Assembly (NCBI RefSeq): GCF_018977255.1
Contig: NW_024705317.1
Location: 1 to 54,605, forward strand
Length of the DNA stretch: 54,605 bases
Direction: 5' to 3'
DNA from: Callorhinchus milii
Taxonomy: Eukaryota
The notes under the pieces were generated by a model that had not been told where the DNA came from, made no database searches, and worked only from the letters and a program-made list of their open reading frames with translations. A program made the translations under genes and the position numbers. How positions within the stretch are numbered: position 1 is the stretch's first letter; each line of letters starts with the position of its first letter. Of this stretch, positions 49,303 through 54,605 are shown piece by piece.

Positions 49303-50885
49303 TGACCACAGGTACTCATTTTAACACCATCATCATCATCTCCAACATCATTTATATCCTGTACATTTTAGTCTTACAATTCGGTCAAAACACAGCCATG
49401 CATAATTGAACAACGCTCGCACCATAATTGATGTGCATGCAGAGCTTCAGGATGTACAGCAGTCAATCAAATCCATAGTAGATTATTGTAATTTCCACTC
49501 TGGGGCTGCCATTGTCTTCCTATTCTAAGCATCATTATATCGGCGTCGGTCACATTAATTGGATGCTAACCTGGAGTTAGGCCTCACTGTCCTTGTTTAA
49601 TATTAATATAACCTCTTAAATCATAAGGGCATCTTGGGGTCCTCTTAGGTAGAATCATTTGGGGCCTGTAAGTGTGGGGGTTTGTGCCTTGTGGTGGTGG
49701 GGGGTTGAAGGTTGAAGGTGATGGGGGTGTGGATGGAGGGGACGTTGGGGACCTCCTCAAAAGGTTGTATTACAATTTAATGAGGCTGTGCTGCAATTCA
49801 TGTGAAGGAGTATAAAAAGCTGATCTAAAGGAAGATGAGGTGCAATAATGATGATAATAAAGAAAAACATTCCGGCTTCATTCCGTGGGTCATTTTGTGT
49901 TACAGCATTAATTAGATGTCTCCAAGAGTGAAAGGTCTCAAGTTGATGTTTGAGCACCCAGCGTTTGAGGTCATGATTTCTAAATTAAAGTTCATGAAAT
50001 GGCATTTGTCATCTTTTGTGAGCTTTGTTATGAGTGTTTATATGTTTAAGGTTTAGCTACTGGAACAAACCATGAAAATACTGCTCATAGTGGAAGTTTA
50101 TTTTACGGTATCATAATTCAGGCGTTCACAAAATTCCACAGTTAAACGTTACTTTCATGAACGCATTCGAAATTCAATCTACACTCAATTAAACTATGCT
50201 CGCAAATTTTTCAATTAGACAGTCGGTTCATTGATATGCAACAGAAATCTTTCATTATTTCTTTATCGTGCAAGTTAGTTATTTCAATAACAGACATGGA
50301 AGGAAAAAAAATCTGAATTCTAAGCTAATCGGTGACATTATTCAAGCAGGGGTGGTCAGGTTTTTTTGTGATAGAATTTGGTCATTACTGCATGCCATTT
50401 TTAAGGCTGTTTAACATACTTAAATGTTCCTGGCTAAAGTCTATGAAATTAAAAAAGCTCACAATGTGAAGAAATATATACCGTACGGAGCTTTACTTTT
50501 GCAAAACTTTTGAAACGTGGGAATGCAATTGACTTTCTGTTTAAAGTTGCCCGTTCCAAGCCAGTAGGAGATTGCTATCAGTTTGAATGAAAAAGCGGTC
50601 TCCAACTTGCGCGAACCAGTTAAACTAGTTCCCTTGTTTTGTATTTGTTTGCTGCGTAGGTCCAAGTGTTGGTCCGCTCCACTGCATTAGCCCAAGTTCT
50701 CGCTCGTGAGTGGGCCACGAGTAATGTAGTGCCTTCCACCAAAAATAAGTGGATGTGTGTGTAACTATAAGAGTGAATCTGCGCACCATTACTCGTGACT
50801 GACTCACACTTAAGCTGATCATGATTGTCATTTGTCTCCGTCTAATTGCAGACTATCAGCTGATATGTGCAGTGCATGTATCCAG

Positions 50886-51100
50886 CATCCTAGATTTGAA
50901 GCTTTCGTGACTGCAAGGATTCATACTCTTCGTTTTTTCGGTAAAGTCACGTAGGTAAAAAATGAAATTAAAATTAATTAAAAATAAAATAATATAATAA
51001 TAATAAAAATGGCGATTTTTATTATTTTTATTATTCTTTTATTTTTATTAATTTTAATTTATTTTTTTACCTACGTGACTTTACCGAAAAAACTAAGAGT
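50886..51100 (-). mobile_element. PLE-terminus fold-back insertion (family B)
   Basis: Inverted arms of about 90 bp centred near 51022, tail on the left and TSD ATGTATCCAG (50876-50885, 51101-51110). Confidence 0.87.
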
Positions 51101-52094
51101 ATGTATCCAGTTCATCATCATCAGCCATTGTCTATCCACTGTTAAATGGAGGCCTCACCACTAGGGCTTTGGAAATTCTGGACAATTCCTAGAGGAATTG
51201 AGTTTTTTTTATTGGCCTATTTCCATGATACAATATACATACACGAGTGAGCATCTGTGTGTGAATACAGACATGCTTGAGTGAGCGTTCAATCATATTT
51301 TAGTCTCAATTGTCGCGTGTCCTTCTGGTGACTCCATGGGTAGTCCCAGTGGCCCTGAGAGTATCAGCTCGAGAGGTCCCAGTGCTAGTCCTGTTGGCCC
51401 AGGTAATAGCAATGCAGTTCCAGTGTTCCTGGTTGTAGTTTATGCGGTAGTCCCAGTGATTCTAGTGCTCCAGGTAGTTAATCCCAGGAATCTGAGCCGT
51501 AGTCTTGCTGGGCCTGGCTTCCCAAACATTGGTGCCAGAGGTGCTGTGGGGGGGACCTCGTGGAACCCCTGCTGGGCTCGGTGGGAGGCAGTGAATGAGC
51601 CCAGGGTTTATTTAAATTGAGTTGCCCTTTGTGTATGCTTGAATATACATGTAATTACTCCATGTATAGTCAGGGTGGAATTTGGCCAGTTGCATGCCCT
51701 TGGCACTGGTGATGATTTCAATGGCGACACCGGCGATTCTGGCTGACTTTTATCGATCATAATAGCCATTGAAATGTATGGCGGATGCTGATGTAATATG
51801 TTTCAATGGTGATACCTATGATTGATTATGTCTGGCTGGTATTGGGTCGGTACCAGCGAGGTGACATGAACCAGAATTGCCATTGAAACATGTCTTGTAT
51901 CCATTGGCAATGTGCTTCAACAGCAGTTCCGCAGGCCCTCTCTTATTGCTCTAATGCCACAATGGGCTCTCCACACAAAGGCTAAACTAAACTATAAACC
52001 AAACATGTATTTTTTTATTTTACCAGGTGTAAGGTCCACTGAGTTATATAGCTCTTTTTCAGAAGCGACCTGGCCACAAATGATAGATGAACAT

Positions 52095-52299
52095 TTATAG
52101 CAGCCAAATACTCTCAATGCATGTTTATACATGTGGTGGGAAAAACTAGAGTACCCGGAGAAAAGTCCACGCGACCGCGGGGAGAACATGCAAACTCCAA
52201 ATAAACAGGCATCATGGTCGGAGTCGAACCGATGACCGACCTCCTGCATACCAGGTGAGGGAGTTAACATCTCACCACCATGGTACTCCCACCGCCCCC
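52095..52299 (-). mobile_element. V-SINE
   Basis: Minus strand has a tRNA head (GGTTCGACTCC) and GGAGTTTGCATGTTCTCCCCGCGGTCGCGTGG...TCCGGGTACTC. Confidence 0.8.
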
Positions 52300-52595
52300 A
52301 TCATTCGGATTCCATTCGAAATCGTATTTGATTTTATGAAGGACATCAAAACTCTATGCTAAGAATCGTGTGATTCACCCAACCCTACGCCCCACGCTGT
52401 CATCATCTTCCATGGTCCTGAAATGTCACAAGCCATCTCACTCTTGCAAATTCATTGATCTCATTGCGCTCTCTCCATGCTGGTCATCCACTCGGGTATG
52501 ATCTTTCATTTGCTTGCTGATTATCTTCTTAATGGTAAAGAAATAAATCAGTAGAGTGTTTTACCATTGCAGTACAGTATTATAGCCTTCAGAAT

Positions 52596-52816
52596 TTTTC
52601 GATTTAAAGCTTTCGTGACTGCGGGGATTCATATTCTTGGTTCTTTCGGTAAAGTCACGTAGAAGGGAAATAATAAACAATTTCTTGCTGTGGTTTTCAC
52701 ACCTGATGATGGTTGCTTGCGTTGCAATCGAAACGTCGTGAGAATGTTATTGTTTTATTTTATCATTTTATTATTTCCCTTCTACGTGACTTTACCGAAA
52801 GAACCAAGAATATGTC
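52596..52816 (-). mobile_element. PLE-terminus fold-back insertion (family A) with intact hammerhead
   Basis: Inverted arms at about 52630-52675 and 52769-52814. TSD GCCTTCAGAAT (52585-52595, 52817-52827). Confidence 0.9.
52696..52744 (+). ncRNA. Minimal type I hammerhead ribozyme motif
   Basis: TTCACAC-CTGATGA-T-GGTTGC-TTGCGTT-GCAATC-GAAACGTC^GTGAGAA. Stem I has 6 of 7 pairs, stem II has 6 bp, and a palindromic ACGT replaces stem III. Confidence 0.8.
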
Positions 52817-53947
52817 GCCTTCAGAATGTTTAGTTCGATTGTTGTCATTTTGGAACACATTTGACAAATAAATAAAAGTGGTACATGACATTACCATAGT
52901 TAAAATTTAAATTGCGGTTATCCTACGGAGGACACTCGATTCACCCCATTTGTCTCGGCTGTGGTGTCTGAGGATCAAATTTCCCTCGCAATTGGTTTCG
53001 TGGGTGCCTGCTGTGGCCGTTGGAGGAAATTGAGAGATAATTGGTGTCCCAGCTTATTGCTCAACCGCCTCGGGGCTGGCTTTAGCAGTCCCTCTTGGCT
53101 CCTATTCAATCACGGGGAGGAGGAAGAAGTGGTGAGAGGAGGTAAGGAGAAATCGCGTGTTGGGATTTTCTCTTCTGGATACAGTCCCTCGTGTTAATTA
53201 TGTTATTGAGAATCTGACTTAAGCCAGATAAACAATGCCCAAATCTGACTCATGTTTTGGCAGTAATCAATATTATTGCCAATGTATGAATTAAGCCTTG
53301 CGTTTAGTTTATCCCAAAGAAAGAAAAAAGACGGGAAATGCACGACAATGCAGGGGAAAGGACACAAGAGATAAAACATTGCTGCCAAAACTGTGTATTG
53401 TAAATTATTATTTAATTCAAACTGTTTACGTGTTTCCACGCTGGAAACTTAACACCAAAACATAACACAACCGCTTGGTTTGCGCATGGCAATCCAGCAG
53501 TGTTCAGCAGGAGCCATTGCCACCAATACATTCTGTGGCTTCCCAAACTGTCGGTGCTCGCCGCCCCCTTCACAGTGGACCTTAAAGATCCCTGGACGTT
53601 ATTCGAAAAATAAGTAGGCCGTGTGCGTGTGTGTGTACGTCGTGGTCTATATGTAAAAAAATCGCCAGGAAAATGAATGCTCAGTTGGGAAAACTCCCCT
53701 GGCTATGAAATTTCTACAACCGGAGGTTTTTTGAGGTCAGAAAAATGGCGATGAGAATACTGCAGCTCGAATACCAAAAAATGTTTTCTAAAGAGTTGAG
53801 GATTTTATTTAATAAAACATCAGTGCCTGTTGCAGTCACCTTCTCTGGCGTGGTTGGCTACTTAAGGTGCGAAAGAAGTTTAACATACATACAGAGACCA
53901 GAGCTTATACAGTACTGTACTGGACACTAGATCATGACAGACGTGTA

Positions 53948-54204
53948 ATGTTTCGATTTACAGCTTTCGTGACTGCAGGGATTCATCCTCTTGGTTCTTT
54001 CGGTAAAGTCACGTAGAAGGGAAATAATAAAATAATAAAAAGAAAACATAATAAAATAATATAACATATAAAATAATATCATTATATTGTAATAAAAAAA
54101 TATATATAACATAATAAAATAATATAATTATATTTTTTATTATGTTTTATTTTTATTATTTTATTATTTCCCTTCTACGTGACTTTACCGAAAGAACGAA
54201 AAGA
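53948..54204 (-). mobile_element. PLE-terminus fold-back insertion (family A)
   Basis: Inverted arms with an expanded AT-rich centre. TSD AGACGTGTA (53939-53947, 54205-54213). Confidence 0.87.
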
Positions 54205-54605
54205 AGACGTGTACCGATTCATCGTTTTGAAACGTAATTTTATGTTCACGATAAATGTTTGGAATCGTGTATGTGTAAGAAACGACAGTGATTTATATAA
54301 ATTATATATACATAGTTCCAACCACATGTCAACGTTGCATGTTTACTGGGTTGAGGGGTCACGAAACTTACAAGACGAAACATACGAGATGGACAATTCT
54401 GTCCCAGTGAGACAAAATAACCTTGAACCCCAAGTCATGTCAATTCGCGCAATCCAGGGGATGAGAAGCGGCCAATCGTTAGATACCTGTCGCTTAAGAA
54501 TGCTACGGAATTAATGTAACTGGAGAGAAAAAAAAAACATGACCTATATTTTGAATGCAATCACTGTACTATGTACAGGATCCGACTAAACGATGTGCGA
54601 TTCTG

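Overview
Eukaryotic, repeat-dominated genomic DNA with no recognisable host protein-coding exon. V-SINE, Deu/Nin-type SINE, RTE and Vingi content points to an animal, plausibly a jawless vertebrate such as lamprey (inference). The largest feature is a full-length minus-strand Ty3/Gypsy LTR retrotransposon (24128-31308) with two near-identical 805-bp LTRs, a tRNA-Leu-like PBS, a PPT, and gag/pol broken by several frameshifts. The most striking pattern is about 15 short insertions, from at least three families, of what look like Penelope-like element (PLE) termini. Most are asymmetric fold-back hairpins with 8-15 bp target-site duplications, a fixed 3' tail and a short arm that usually stops at the same ATG motif. 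Several carry minimal hammerhead ribozyme cores (CTGATGA-stem-GAAACGTC) and a covarying 3' stem-loop. Also present: two hAT/Charlie MITEs (one resembling MER1/Charlie3), SINEs, RTE and Vingi LINE fragments, two 5S-derived sequences, 27-bp and 40-bp minisatellites, a CpG-rich promoter-like region (about 13.6-13.9 kb), a candidate non-coding first exon (about 38.4-38.7 kb) and an unidentified decayed coding-like block (about 19-24 kb). Family names come from recalled consensus motifs, not database searches.
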